Under the pieces are notes generated by a model. It saw nothing but the letters and a program-made list of their open reading frames with translations, searched no databases and was not told the origin of the DNA. A stretch of 64,000 nucleotides of DNA from Phyllobates terribilis. Taxonomy: Eukaryota. The stretch covers positions 127,410,001-127,474,000 of the forward strand of contig NW_027362767.1 of NCBI RefSeq assembly GCF_046119375.1, in the 5' to 3' direction. The position numbers and the translations under genes are program-made. Shown here piece by piece: positions 44,001 to 56,177 of the stretch (positions within the stretch are counted from its first letter, which is position 1; each line of letters begins with the position of its first letter).

Positions 44001-47000
44001 AAAATTGTTGTAATTCAGCCACATTGGAGGGTTTCGGAGCATGAACCGCCTTTTTAAGGTCATGCCACAGCATCTCAATCGGATTAAGATCAGGATTTTG
44101 ACTAGGCCACTGATAAGTCTTTAATTTTGTTTTTCTTAAGTCATTCAGAGGTGGTCTTGCTCATGCGTTTTGGATCATTATCCTGCTGCATAACCCTAGT
44201 GCGCTTCAGTTTGAGGTCACAAACAGATGGCTGGACAGTCTCCTTCTGGATTTTTTGGTAGATAATAGCATTCATGGTTCCCTTTACCACAGCAAGTGTT
44301 CCAGGTCCTGAAGCAGCAAAACAATCCCAGACCATCACACTACCACCACCATATTTTACTGTTGGTATGATGTTCCTTTTCTGAAATGCTGTGTTACTTC
44401 TATGCCAGATGTAATGGGACATACACCTTCCAAAAAGTTCAGCTTTTGTCTCGTCAGTCCACAGAGTTTTCTCCCAAAGCTCTTGGCGATCATCAAGATG
44501 TTTTCTGGCAAAACTGAGACGAGCCTATATGTTCTTTTTACTCAGAAGTGGTTTTCGTCTTGGAACTCTGCCATGCATGCAATTTTTGCCCACTCTCTTT
44601 CTTATGGTGGAGTCATGAACACTGATCTTAACTGAGGCAAGTGAGGCCTGCAGTTCTTTGAATGTTGTTGTGGGGTCTTTTGTGACCTCTTGGATCAGTC
44701 GTCGTTGCGCTTAGGGTCATTTTGGTCGGCTGGCCACTCCTGGGAAGGTTCACCATCTTTCCATGTTTTCGCCATTTGTGGATAAAGTCACTCACTGTGG
44801 GTTTTCTGGAGTCCCAAAGCTTTAGAAATGTCTTTATAACCTTTTCCAGATTGATAGATCTCAATTACTTTGTTTTTCATTTGTTCCTGAATTTCTTTGG
44901 ATTGCAGCATGATTTCTAGCTTTTGAGGATCTTTTGGTCTACTTCACTTTGTCAGACAGGTCCTATTTAAGTGATTTCTTCTTTGAGAACAGGTGTGGCA
45001 GTAATTAGGCCTGTGTGTGGCTAGGGAAATTGAACTCAGATTCCCAAAGATGTGATAAACCACAGGCAATTTATGTTTTAAGGGAGTGGGGGGGCAATCA
45101 CTTTTTCACACAGGGCCCTGTAGGTTTGGATTTCTTTTTCCCTTTATAATAAAGACCTTCATTTAAAAACTGCATTTTGTGTTTACTTGTGTTATCTTTG
45201 TCTGATAATTACATTTGTTTTGTGATCTGAAACATTTAAGTGTGCCAAACATGTGAAAGAATAAGAAATCAGGAAGGGGGCAAACACTTTTTCATAGCAC
45301 TGTATATGTAGCTGTTGAGTTTGGGTCAGGAGCTCTGCAGCCGGTCTGGACATTGCGGCTCATACTCAGACCATAAAAGTCGGATTTATTAAACCGGTCT
45401 TACACAGTGTGCACATGTTCCTCTGTAATAAAACCCCTGATTGTCATCACACCAATTATAAATCCCGCACATTTTTACGCTCTTCATGCCCCAATTTTAG
45501 GCACTTTAAAAAAGTTATTAAGGTGAAAATCAATAATTTGTCTAAAAGGAGGATATTTAGATTTGAGAGTCCTCAGTGGTTGATACCTTTTATATATTTG
45601 TCCTGTATCTAAAAGGAGGTCAACTTACAACTGATGTGATCTTGCTCAACCACATTAATAAATGGGAATAAGATGCGAGGCCCGGGGTCCTCCGGCTTCT
45701 CATATATGATAAGGTCGTGATTTCTGGTTTTCTTACTTGTTTTCCAGATAATACGACTCCGTGAAGAAGGGTCACGACAATTGGAAGAGCAACAGAGGTT
45801 GGTGCGGGAGCAGGTCAAGCTGGAAAAGGCGCAGAAGACACAGGGTACTAGAAGTGATCCTCTGCGGGTTTACAGAGACCCTCTGTTTAGTATTAAAGGG
45901 GTTGTATTAAGCTTGGACGTTATCCCCTATCCACAGAATAGGAGATGACTTCCCGATCACATTCATTCTTAATGGGAGCACCGAAGACGAGCCAAACGCT
46001 GCATTAAGATTGAATAGAGGGGAGGTAGGCCGCCGCTACATTCACACGGGGCTCTTAAAGGATTGTTGGGTCCCAGCTTCAAGTCTCCTAAGGGGACTAT
46101 TAAGGCAGGGCTGTGGAGTCGGTAAGCCAAACCTCCGACTCCTCAATTTCCATGACTCCGACTCCCTCATACATGGCTCATGTTTAAGTGATAAATTTAG
46201 TGTAGCACAGATTCATCTCAGCTAAAAGTCCAGACCCTGAGATCAGAAATAGGACAGACATTTATAGGACATTTCATAACTTTCCCAAATTCTTATGAAA
46301 AAATGTTCCCCACGAACTTCATTGAACTATTGTACCCAATTTATTATATATTTTACACTGACTCCAACTCCACCAAAATGGACTCCGACTCCACAGCCCT
46401 GTATTAAATACAGTAAAAAGTTTTAAAAGATTTTTTATTTTTTTTAAAAAGTATTTCACACCCCCCCCCCATTTGCCCCATTAAAAAAATACACATATTT
46501 TGGTATCGCTGCATTCAGAATCGCCCGATCTATCAAAATAAATTCGATTGGTAAACGGCGTAACGAGAAAAAAAAATCAAAACCCCAGAATTACAGTTTT
46601 ATGGTCGCCGCAACTTTGTAATAAAATGCAATAAGAGGTGATCAAAAGATCGTATCTACCCCAAAATGGTATCAATAAAAATGTCAGCTCGGGCCACAAA
46701 AAATAATCCCTCGCCCAGATGCCGAAAATTGAAAACGCTACGAGTCTCTGAAAATGGTGACAAAAAAAAAAAATTGACAAATTTCTGAATTTTCTTCACC
46801 TCTTAAATAAAAAATAAACTATTTGGTATCTGCGTACTCGTACTGACCTGGAGAATCAGATTGCCAGTTTTACCATAAAAAAAAAAAAGTGCACTGTGTG
46901 GTAGAATGAATGGTGTCATTCTAAAGTACAACTTGTGCCGCAAAAAACAAGCCCTCATGTGGTTATGTGGACAGAAAAATAAAAAAGTTATGGCTCTGGG

Positions 47001-50000
47001 AAGAAGGGGAGGGAAAAAAATAAAATTGCCCAGGGGTGAAGGGGTTAATGGCTGAGGGGCTTTCTGAACACTTGAAAAGGGCCTTCTAGTGAAGTGTGGG
47101 ATAAAGCATGCTGGGAAGTGAGGATGATGCTTACCAGAAGGATTTTACATTTTGTCATTTTGTTACAATGGTGAGTGATGGCCGGGATAGGAGAGCGCTC
47201 TGATCCCGGCTATGTAAGAATGTGAGTGGGCCGAGGAAAGGGACGGACGCCCCCCAGAGCTTTCTAGCATTAGCGTCCTGTATATGTAAATGCACAGACA
47301 ACAGTGACCTGTCTTACAGATGATGTTACTTTATGATGGTATATAATATAAAATTTAACTAAAATGTAATTTAAAAAAAAACAATGCAACATGGCCCCAT
47401 CGGCGGATAGACCTGAATCCCGGTTTTCCGGGCTTCGGATGGATCCACTGGCGTGGGGTAAAATCGTGAATTCTTGTCCCAGCGGGTGAAAAGCTGTATA
47501 GCAATGCAATAATGTATTAGGCATATGTATCTCCATGTGGAAGAATGGCCGCAACACCGCCAACACAGGGGGATAGCTGTATATACTTAATGGTACAAGA
47601 ATAGTTAATTGATCCTGCTCCTTAACCCCTTAACAACATTTGACGTACTAATACGCGTCTGTGCCCTGGGACTTAAGAGCCAGACCCGTATTAGTACGTC
47701 ATGGCGATCGCGCACGCACACAGGCTGTGCGGGCGCGAACGCCGCCGGGTGTCAGCTGATTGTCACAGCTGACACCCAGGGCTATGTGCAGGGAGCGGTC
47801 CTGCACCGCTCCCAGCACATTAACCCCCGCGATGCTGCGATCGAAGTCGAAGTCGATCGCAGCATTGCGGGGGCAAGGGGAGGTGATCGCAGATACTCAC
47901 CTCCTCTTCCGGCTTCCAGCGCTGTCTGCAACAGCTTCCCGGGTGTTGCCATGACGACCCGATGTCGTCATGACAACATCCGGGTCACCAGACAGCAGGA
48001 AGATTGCTTGGACATGCGCAGTGCATCTCCAAACTATCTTCTCCCTGTCCGGCGCTGACAGCCTGCATGGCACAGGGATGGTGCTGCATTCCTGTGCCAT
48101 GCAGGCGATCAGAGAAAATAAAGTGAAAGTCCCAGAGTGGGACAAAGTAATAAACTATATAAGCTTCCAGAAAGTGGAAAAAAAAATAAAAAAAATAATC
48201 CACCAAAAATAAAAATATAATGTACCTATCAATAAATATTATAAAAAAAAAAAAACAATAAAAGTACACATATTTGGTATCGCCGCGTCCGGAACAACCT
48301 GACCTATAAAACTGTCCCACTAGTTAACCCCTTCAGTGAACACAGTAAAAAAAAAAAAAAAAAAACGAAGCAAAAAACAATGCTTTATCACCATACCGCC
48401 AAACAAAAAATGGAATAACACGCGATCAAAAAGACAAATATAAATAAAAATGCTACCGCTGAAAACGTAATCTCGTCCCGCAAAAAACAAGCCGCCATAC
48501 AGCTCCATCATCCGAAAAATCAAAAAGTTATAGCTCTCAGAATAAAGCGATGCTAAAAAATATTTTTTTCTATAAAATTGCTTTTATTATGTAAAAGTGC
48601 AAAACATAGAAAAACGATATAAATGTGGTACCGCTGTAAACGTACTGACCCGAAGAATAAAGCTGCCTCATCAATTTTACCACACGCGGAACAGAAAAAA
48701 AAAAACAAGAAAAAACAATTCCTGAATTGTTGGTTTTTGTTTATTCTGCCTCCCAAAAATCGGAATAGAAAGCGATCAAAAAATGTGACGTGCCTGAAAA
48801 TGGCACCAATAACAACGTCAACTCATCTCACAAAAAACGAGCCGTCACATGACTGTCTGCCAAAATCTGGAAAAATTACAGCTCTCAAAATATGGCGATA
48901 CTAAAACTAGATTTTACAAAAAATGCATCTTTTAGTGTGTGACAGCTGTCAGTCATAAAAACCCCATATGATTCTGGTATCGCTGTAATCGCACCGACCC
49001 GAAGAATAAAGTCGTCTAATCACTTATACCGCACAAGGAACGGCGTAAAAAATAAACTCTTGGGTTAGGATTGGGCTAGGGTTAGGGCTGGGTTTGGGGC
49101 TAGGGTTGTGCTAGGGTTAGGGTTGGGGTTGGGATTTTTTTCAAAAGTAAGAAAAAAAGATGACGATATGGCGACTAGTGTTGAGAGCAAGTGCTCGCTA
49201 CTTGAGTTTGCATCGGGTGCTCTGGTATGCATTGAGTATCGTGGGTATTTGAGTGACATGCTCGAGTCTCTGCCCCATATGCTTCGCGGCCAAAAAACTT
49301 TACGGGGATTGCCTGCCATGCACGAGCGATCCCCGCATGTTTTTTTTTGGGTGTCTAATAACCGTGAAACATGCGGAGCAGGGACTCGAGCATGTCACTC
49401 GAGCACACGCTGTACATGGTGCATACCTGAGTACCCGATGCAAACTCAAGTAGCGAGCACTTGCGCTAAAGACTAATGACAACTTATTCAATATGATGAC
49501 CTAATGTAAACAAATTCTGTGTCGTACCTCTGGGTTCAAAATGTTCACTATACCCCTTAATAAAATCCTTGGGGGGTATAGTTTCCAAAATGGGGACACT
49601 TGTGGGGGAGCTCCACTGTTTAGGCACATCACGGGTTCTCCAAACGCAACATGGTGTCCGCTAACAATTTGAGCCGATTTTCCATTCAATTTGTTAGCGG
49701 ATACCATGTTGCATTTGGAGAGTCCCTGTGTGCCCAAACATTGGAGCTCCCCTACAAGTGACCCTATTTTGGAAACTAGACCCCCCAAGGCACCTATCTA
49801 GATGCATAGTGAGCACTTGGAACCCCCAGGTGCTTCACAAATTGATCGGTAAAAATGAAAAAAAAAAAACACTTTTTCATTTTTATGAATCAATTTGTGA
49901 AGCACCTGGGGGTTCCAAGTGCTCACTATGCATCTAGATATGTGCCTTGAGGGGTCTAGTTTCCAAAATGGGGTCACTTGTGGGGGAGCTCCAATGTTTG

Positions 50001-53000
50001 GGCACACATGGGCTTTCCAAACACAACATGGTGTCCGCTAATTATTCAAGCAAATTTTACAATCAAAAAGTCAAATGGCGCTCCTTCCCTTCCGAGCCCT
50101 GCCGTGCGCCCAAACAGTGTTTTTTTCCCCAAATATTGGGTATCTGCGTGCCCAGGGGAAATTGCATAACAAATTTTGGGGTCCATTTTTTTCTTGATAC
50201 CCCTGTGAAAATAAAAAAAATTGGGTCTAAAGTAACATTTTTGTGAAAAAAGTTAAATGTTCATTTTTTCTTCCACATTCCAAAAATTCCTGTGAAGCAC
50301 CTGAAGGGTTAATAGACTTCTTGAATGTGGTTTTGAGCACCTTGGGGGGTGCACTTTTTAGAATGGTGTCACTTTTGGGTATTTTCTGTCATAATCACCT
50401 CTCAAAGTGACTTCAAATGTGATGTGGTCCCTAAAAAAAATGTTTTTGTAAATTTTGTTGGAAAAATGAGAAATTGCTGGTCAACTTTTAACCCTTATAG
50501 CTCCCTAATAAAAAAAAATTTTGGTTCCAAAATTGTGCTGATGTAAAGTAAACATGTGGGAAATGTTATTGATTAACTATTTTGTGTGACATATCTCTCT
50601 GATTTAAGGGCATAAAAAGTCAAATTTTGAAAATTGCAAAGTTTTCAAAATTTCCGCCAAATTTCCGTTTTTTTCACAAATAAACGCAAGTGATATCGAA
50701 TATATTTTACCACAATCATGAAGTACAATATGTCACGAAAAAACAATCTCAGAATCAGGGGGATCCGTTGAAGCGTTGCAGAGTAATTACCTCATAAAGT
50801 GACAGTGGTCAGAATTGTAAAAATTGGCCTGGTCATTAAAGTGCAAACCACCCTCGGGGCTTAAGGGGTTAAAGAGGATATGTCCCCAGGTCAAAAGTGA
50901 CCAGTTTTTGTTCTTATTTTATTCCCACTTCTCCCCTGAATATTCTGTATTTGTTTTTTCTTAAATCCGCCATACGGATCCATAGATATGGACTTTCAGG
51001 ATCCTCGGGGGCGGGTCTTTAGGCTGTTTTGCATAATTATCCTGTGAGCCACGCCCCCTTTGTAAAGATTATAACAGTGAAAAGACCTATATCTCTAGAA
51101 CCATATGACAGATTTAAAAAAAAATAAATAAATGCGTTACTTTGGCTCTCCCGTGTCGTCTCTTCGAAGCGCTGACTTGCAGTGGTGACATCTCATCCAC
51201 AAAGAACTACAGAAGTGTGGACAGCCCCTTTAAGTGCTTTTTGACACTTTAAGTTTTATAGAGGCATTACGACTCGTAGAATATAAAATATGATTTGAGA
51301 GAGATGGATAGAGATCCTTGTTATACTTGGGTAAATGACTTTCCAGAAGCTTCAGTGTTAATTCCTGTAATTGTATTGTATTTTTCAGAAAGTGGGGGAC
51401 CTGCAAAGCTCAAGGTATGTACTGTCATGTGTCTCTACAGTTCAGTTTTATAACTCCTTAAAGGAATTGTCCACCTTTTGGAGACTTTTTTTTTTTTTGT
51501 AATTTTAATGCATGTATTTTGGGCTAAAAATACATGCGCTGTTGGCATTAAAAAAAATTGCGCCGTTTGTCTTTAACAGGCTCTTTGTTTCCCGGTCTGC
51601 GGTCATAAGTCATCCGAGAGGAGCATAGAAAACGAGCTATAAAAGATTCAGATTCCCCGTTAGAACGCGCTCACTGACAGATTCTCAGTTAACTCGTTCT
51701 GCAGCCAGTAATAGTGTACCACAGCAACTATAGAAGGCAAACTGTGCAAAAATTTGAGTGCAAAAAATGATTTTTAGCCCAAAACACATGCATTTAAGGA
51801 AGAAATTAAAAATAGTCCCCAAAGGTGGACAACCTCTTTTAGGCCTTTAGAAGTTGAAGCTGGCAACCAGGAAAACACGTTTTGTGTAGAGTCCCATAAA
51901 CTATATATAACGGATTCATTATCATTAACAGCTGAAATGGAAGTGTAAAAGGGACGACGAGGCGAGAGGAGGATACACAGAGGACGTTCTGCGGAGGCTG
52001 CTACAAAAGGTTGTGCCATAAAAACACCTGAAACGTACGAATATGACAATTTTAATGGTTCCCTGATAGCAATTTTACTCCAGTACATCTTTCATCTCCG
52101 CTCTGCTATTATCTAGGTAACATAATAGGGAGGTGCATGGAGCGGACTCAGGAGCTGAGCACGCTACAGGGCAGCTGTCGGCTGTGTGATACAGGCAATA
52201 CCTTCCTCTGACAGCAGGGATCAGACCTTGCTCCAGTTACTGCAGTTTAGCCATTTAAAGAGAATGTGTCATCAGAAAGTTACCTACAGTTTAAATCTGA
52301 CTTTTGTGTTGTGCACATGCCATATATATATTTTTCACATGACGATACTTTTAAATAATTTAAAAAAAAAAAATAGTAATCATGCAGTTTTCACACTGGC
52401 CACTGGGGCTTTTTTAGATTCCTCATACTGGTTCTTTCAGGAAATTTTTCAGCGGGCTCATTATCATAGGGAGGATTACAATGATAGGTAACCCCTCTAT
52501 ACACAGCTGATAATACATGGGTCATGGTATATATCACAGCTCCCCCCTCCCTTCATAATGACCTTTGCACACGCGCATTAGATGCTACAGTACAAAAGAT
52601 AGGGGCGGAGTCTGTTCATTGCTGCTAATGTACATGTGCATTTCCAGAAACTACAGGAAGTTAGTCTAAAAAAGCCAGAGTAGCTTAAATATGTGTTCAC
52701 CCGGGGTGAAAACATATTAATAGGTATCCATTAAAGATCCAAAAGAACCGGCTCTTTTTGTTGAGTGGATCTAAGTGATCCAAATCGCTAAAATGAGCCG
52801 GATTGCCCATCACTACAATAAATGCAATAAAGTGAAAAATCCAGAAGCCTGAAATTGCCATTTTTCGGTCAGCTCAAATAATGCAACACAAGCTAACAAA
52901 CCCAAAAATACCATTAAAAACCACAACTCTGACACGCAGTAAAGCGAGCCCTCATACCGAAAAAAAATGTAAAATAAAGTTATTGATTTGGAAAAATTGC

Positions 53001-54735
53001 AGCACAAACTGTTTTTTTTTTTTTATTATTATTTAAGTTTGGTATCCCCATAATCATGCAAATCTGGAGAATCATGGTGTCAATACATTTTTTTTTTGTT
53101 GTTTTTTTTTTTTTTTTTTTAAGAAAAAATAAAAAATGGCCATGATGGGAAGGGGTTAAAAAAAAAGACGTTTCTATTGATATGCCGCCTCCTTTTATTG
53201 CTTTCCTGTTGTTACTGACCTCTTTACACTACTTTTCCATTGCAGTACGGAGAGGTGTTAAACGTAATCGTGTCCAGCAAGAAGAAAGGCTCGGCCATAG
53301 CTGAACTTGCCACTTATAAAGCTGCAGTAAGTGAATGCGGAGCGTTACGGTATTCTAGATGTATTGTGACAACCACAGCTCGGATCATATATATTGTCAT
53401 GGGGGGAGGCGGCGGGGGACCAAAAAGAGACAGCTGCCACTATGATCCCATAGCACTGTGTTACTAATTTAAGGCCACCAGGGAATATTAAAGGTAATTT
53501 GTCAGCAGGTTCCTGCTCTGTAATGTGGGAGCACCTGATTCCAGTTTCAGTGCAGATCTAGCACTGCTCTGAATGCTGAGCTGTGTATAACCCCACCCAC
53601 ACCACTGATAGGCAAAAAGCTGCCAATCAGTGGTGGGGGCGGGGTTATACTCCAGTCGACCAGGAGGCGTCTAGTCCTGCAGTGATAATCTCCTGCTGAT
53701 AAAACACTGATTGTATTGAAACAGCAGTACACAGGCTAATAAGTAACATCAATGGAATCGGGGTCTCTACTTCTGCTGTAAGTTATGACATACTGCTCAT
53801 AGTCATATGCTCAGAAGGACTTGTCCAATGTGATGTATTGTAGGAACTAGCTGTGAGAAACGAAGCCGGCTTGTTACATAATCCTCTGCAAATCTCCTGG
53901 CTGGATCCTCCGCCACCATCCGCTGTACCAGAGACGGGCAACAAAATGGCCTCAAACCTTTCCAGTAACTCTGCTCCGGTAAGACTGTATACACCGCCTC
54001 GAAGGGGATTCATGCCTGATGTGACAATACTGCCCTAAAATAAGGTTTCATTTAAGGGGGTCGTCCACTGACCTTGCCCCCTTTTTAACGGAGTCAACTT
54101 CACGTTGAATGCTCTGCAGCCAATTTTGGGGGCCGCATTCCCTATAATATCTGTGTTATACATGGGAGCGATTTATTATTGGCTTAGAGTGCAATAGTCA
54201 AGGTGTGAAGGGAAACAGTTCATTGACCTAGGATATGAAAACAGCCAGCTGACAAGGAATTCATACATTTCCAGGAGGGATAACAGAGGGACAGCACTAC
54301 CTAAGAGTAAAATGAGTCTTTTGACTGATCCTCTTAAGCGTATTCTCAGTTATACAGGGGGTGAGCACAATGATTCAGCGCTGATTGGTTGCGGCCGGTT
54401 CCGTCTGCAGGCGCGGAGCAGCCGTTTATGATCACATTACATTCCACAGCACCAGCACAGATGTCCGTGCCGCTATTCAGCAAAGTTGGTCAATGCAAGT
54501 TATGTAGAAAAAAAAGGATTGTGTAGACTGTTGCGGTGTATCCTGAAATATTCTATACCCTGCCGGCCTGTGCGTGTTCACACTGGAGTACTGATCAGTT
54601 CTTGCCCTCCCGCAGGACTCTTTACGATCGGAGAGAGACTACGAAAGCTTAGTGCTGATGAAGATGAGACAAGCGGCCGAGCGGCAGCGATTAATAGAAC
54701 AGCTCCAGCAAGAAGATGAAGAAGCCAACACATAA
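37913..54735 (+). CDS. DNAJC17: DnaJ homolog subfamily C member 17 (J-domain + RRM), 309 aa from ATG 37913 or 304 aa from ATG 37928; join(37913..38005,40152..40221,40574..40632,40965..41052,43120..43202,45748..45844,51389..51414,51932..52009,53246..53326,53844..53978,54616..54735)
   Basis: Eleven GT-AG exons sum to 930 nt in frame. J-domain MDLYGLLGI...[38 protein letters not shown] (HPD motif), coiled coil, RRM (LKWKCK...[21 protein letters not shown]), and C-terminal [23 protein letters not shown]. Confidence 0.96.
38030..39716. repeat. 38-41-bp minisatellite (two related subtypes) filling most of DNAJC17 intron 1
   Basis: ATATCTATGGGGTGCCCCCTCCACACACATCCCGCCCGTA followed by AATAACTGTGAGGAGCCCCCTCTGCACACGTCCTGCCCCC. 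Confidence 0.95.
39803..39834 (+). promoter_or_regulatory. Candidate CTCF site with upstream (ZF9-11) motif
   Basis: GGCAGTGC-tcatat-TGGCCACTAGCTGGCGCC; the core matches CCASYAGRKGGCRS at 13 of 14 positions. Confidence 0.6.
39886..40101. repeat. 24-bp minisatellite x9
   Basis: Unit GTACACGGTATGTGAGTGTACACC. Confidence 0.95.
40152..40221 (+). CDS. DNAJC17: DNAJC17 coding exon 2 (HPD motif)
   Basis: ttttccag|ATT...G|gtgaga; [23 protein letters not shown]. Confidence 0.95.
40574..40632 (+). CDS. DNAJC17: DNAJC17 coding exon 3
   Basis: tgtttcag|CC...AGG|gtaagt; [19 protein letters not shown]. Confidence 0.95.
40965..41052 (+). CDS. DNAJC17: DNAJC17 coding exon 4
   Basis: cttccag|GCA...G|gtaaga; [29 protein letters not shown]. 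Confidence 0.95.
41149..41766 (+). mobile_element. hAT non-autonomous element copy B (left end missing), about 18-19 minisatellite units
   Basis: Same 31-32-bp unit (CATACAGTATAATGGGCCCCACATAGTCCTC) and same right end GCGGGCCAGAGTTTGACATGTATG as copies A and C. Confidence 0.65.
42756..42798 (-). ncRNA. Minimal type I hammerhead ribozyme-like motif (Penelope/retrozyme-type)
   Basis: Minus strand reads AGGCC-UUGAGGA-AGCGUGUGUUUAGGC-GAAA-C(GGC)G-UA-GGCCU. It has a 5-bp stem I, a YUGANGA/GAAA core (U3 variant), a short stem III and a GUA cleavage triplet. Stem II is weak. Confidence 0.55.
43120..43202 (+). CDS. DNAJC17: DNAJC17 coding exon 5
   Basis: ctattgaag|AT...GAG|gtaaaa; [28 protein letters not shown]. 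Confidence 0.93.
43677..45302 (-). mobile_element. Degenerate Tc1-like transposon with IR/DR-type ~210-bp TIRs
   Basis: Transposase remnants ([41 protein letters not shown]); outer repeat AAAAAGTGTTTGCCCC and inner repeat GAAAAAGTAATTGCC in each TIR; right end CACTG|TA. Confidence 0.88.
45748..45844 (+). CDS. DNAJC17: DNAJC17 coding exon 6
   Basis: ttttccag|ATA...G|gtacta; [32 protein letters not shown]. Confidence 0.93.
46106..46401. mobile_element. hAT-like MITE
   Basis: Perfect 17-bp TIR CAGGGCTGTGGAGTCGG / CCGACTCCACAGCCCTG; flanks TATTAAGG / TATTAAAT. Confidence 0.65.
47622..50872. mobile_element. Large (~3.25 kb) non-autonomous piggyBac-like element
   Basis: TTAA|CCCCTTAA ... TTAAGGGG|TTAA; no transposase ORF; contains internal hairpins, a telomere-like tract and a nested palindromic MITE (about 49172..49475). 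Confidence 0.6.
49062..49133 (+). repeat. Degenerate (TTAGGG)-like hexamer tract, about 12 units
   Basis: GGGTTAGGATTGGGCTAGGGTTAGGGCTGGGTTTGGGGCTAGGG... Confidence 0.75.
50869..51233. mobile_element. TTAA-type MITE abutting the piggyBac-like element
   Basis: TTAA-AGAGGATATGTCCCCAGG ... GGACAGCCCCT-TTAA; body similar to 26116..26514. Confidence 0.5.
51389..51414 (+). CDS. DNAJC17: DNAJC17 coding exon 7 (26 nt)
   Basis: tttttcag|AA AGT GGG GGA CCT GCA AAG CTC AAG|gtatgt; bridges phase 1 to phase 0 and matches the expected G-x-PKLK motif. Confidence 0.88.
51932..52009 (+). CDS. DNAJC17: DNAJC17 coding exon 8 (RRM start)
   Basis: cattaacag|CTG...AAG|gttgtg; [26 protein letters not shown]. Confidence 0.94.
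53246..53326 (+). CDS. DNAJC17: DNAJC17 coding exon 9
   Basis: cattgcag|TAC...GCA|gtaagt; [27 protein letters not shown]. Confidence 0.94.
53844..53978 (+). CDS. DNAJC17: DNAJC17 coding exon 10
   Basis: tattgtag|GAA...CCG|gtaaga; [21 protein letters not shown]... Confidence 0.93.
54616..54735 (+). CDS. DNAJC17: DNAJC17 last coding exon
   Basis: cccgcag|GAC...ACA TAA; [39 protein letters not shown]. Confidence 0.94.
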   Translation, partial: DSLRSERDYESLVLMKMRQAAERQRLIEQLQQEDEEANT

Positions 54736-54773
54736 CTTATTTTTCTAGTAATAGTTCCTACTTGTAACAGTGT

Positions 54774-54783
54774 ATTAAATAAA
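54774..54783 (+). terminator. Likely DNAJC17 polyadenylation signal (overlapping ATTAAA/AATAAA)
   Basis: ATTAAATAAA about 40 nt after the stop codon, followed by T-rich sequence. Confidence 0.6.
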
Positions 54784-55853
54784 TTTTACTTTTTTTAAAG
54801 GTGTTGTATGATAAGTGTGTATGGCCATAAGGGTTTTATTTTTATTTTTTTTCCTTAATCATTTTTACTATAAGGTTTCATTAAAAATTTTGCCTGCTAT
54901 AGCTTATGCTCAACTGTATATTGCTTGCTGCAGAATGAGTTAACTGAGGATGTGTCAGTGAGCTCCTTCTATTCTAATGGCCTGATGGGGAGTTTGTAAT
55001 TCTTATATCTGTCTGTTTCTGAGCTCCTCTCAGCTTAATTATGACCACAGACGACATCAAAGTTGAACGTGCCGGGAAACAAAAAGTCAATAGGAGCAAA
55101 ATTTTAAATGAAACCCATGATGAAATGATTAACTCAAAATACATGTATGTAAAAAAAAAAAAAAAAAAAAAAAGTCCCCCAAGGTGGACAACCCCTTTAA
55201 GTAAAAATCTGCCCACAAACAGCAGTACGGCTAAAATAAGCAGACGATACTTGCCGTCCATTCCAGCATGCTTCTTGATGGTATACGCTTTACATTGGCT
55301 GTAGATGTTACGGTCTGTATACCACTGCAGTCAATCAATGGTCTCAGCAGCTCTTTTGTCAGATTCCGCTAAGGCCAGTGATTGTCTGCAGTGGTATACA
55401 GACTGTGGTGTCTGCAGTGTAACTGTGGGAAGCATTTGCGATGCAGCGCTGCAGTCACCTGTCTCTACAGCGCATTATTGCGGCAGCCTGGTGTGTAGAG
55501 AATGGCGGAGTGGGTTACCAGATAAGTAAGACTTACTGTCTATTAAAGCACCCCCTTATTGTCCTTTCATGAGTAACTTGTGAGGGTCCAACCCCCGAAT
55601 TGCAAGCCTTCCCCCTCCTTTCTTATTGATTACTCAATGTCAGCTCCTATCCTAGTAAATGGGAGCGGAGCTGCAGTTCTCCGCCGCGGCCACTACACAG
55701 TGAGTGGAGCTGTGGAGTCTTGGGCTCTGTGCGGGGTTTACGCCCGGTTGCGTCAGAACTGAAGGGCGCGCGCGGGGGGCGGGGGAGGGTGTCTGGTGTC
55801 AAATTCCGAGGACAGAGTTATGCCAAGTCTGGAAGGGTTAATTGTTAGACTTC

Positions 55854-55859
55854 TTTATT
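55854..55859 (-). terminator. Candidate GCHFR polyadenylation signal
   Basis: AATAAA on the minus strand about 320 nt after the stop; another AATAAA lies near 55897. Confidence 0.35.
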
Positions 55860-56177
55860 AATTGACGTCACCCGTGAAACGTGCAATAGTTATAGGCTTT
55901 ATTCCTTAATCAGCGGCAGCAGGACACTAAGGGGTAGATTCACACTGGGCAGATTTGTAAAAGAAAATTGCTGCCCCTGTCCCATTCATGTAAACGGAGC
56001 TTACAGAAATCCATGCCACATCTGCCACGTGTGAATATACCCCGATGTGCCCTCATGCAGGAGATCGCTTCCATTGGGGTCACACAAGTCCAGGATTATA
56101 TAGGTGGAGATTTCTTCTGTCCTCCATTCCTGTCCCACCCTCGGTGTTCGGACCATCCTTGTGAGAAGTAGAGGTCT

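Noticed and set aside
49062-49133. True telomere or chromosome-fusion site
   Set aside because: Short, degenerate, single-orientation tract inside a transposon within a gene intron.
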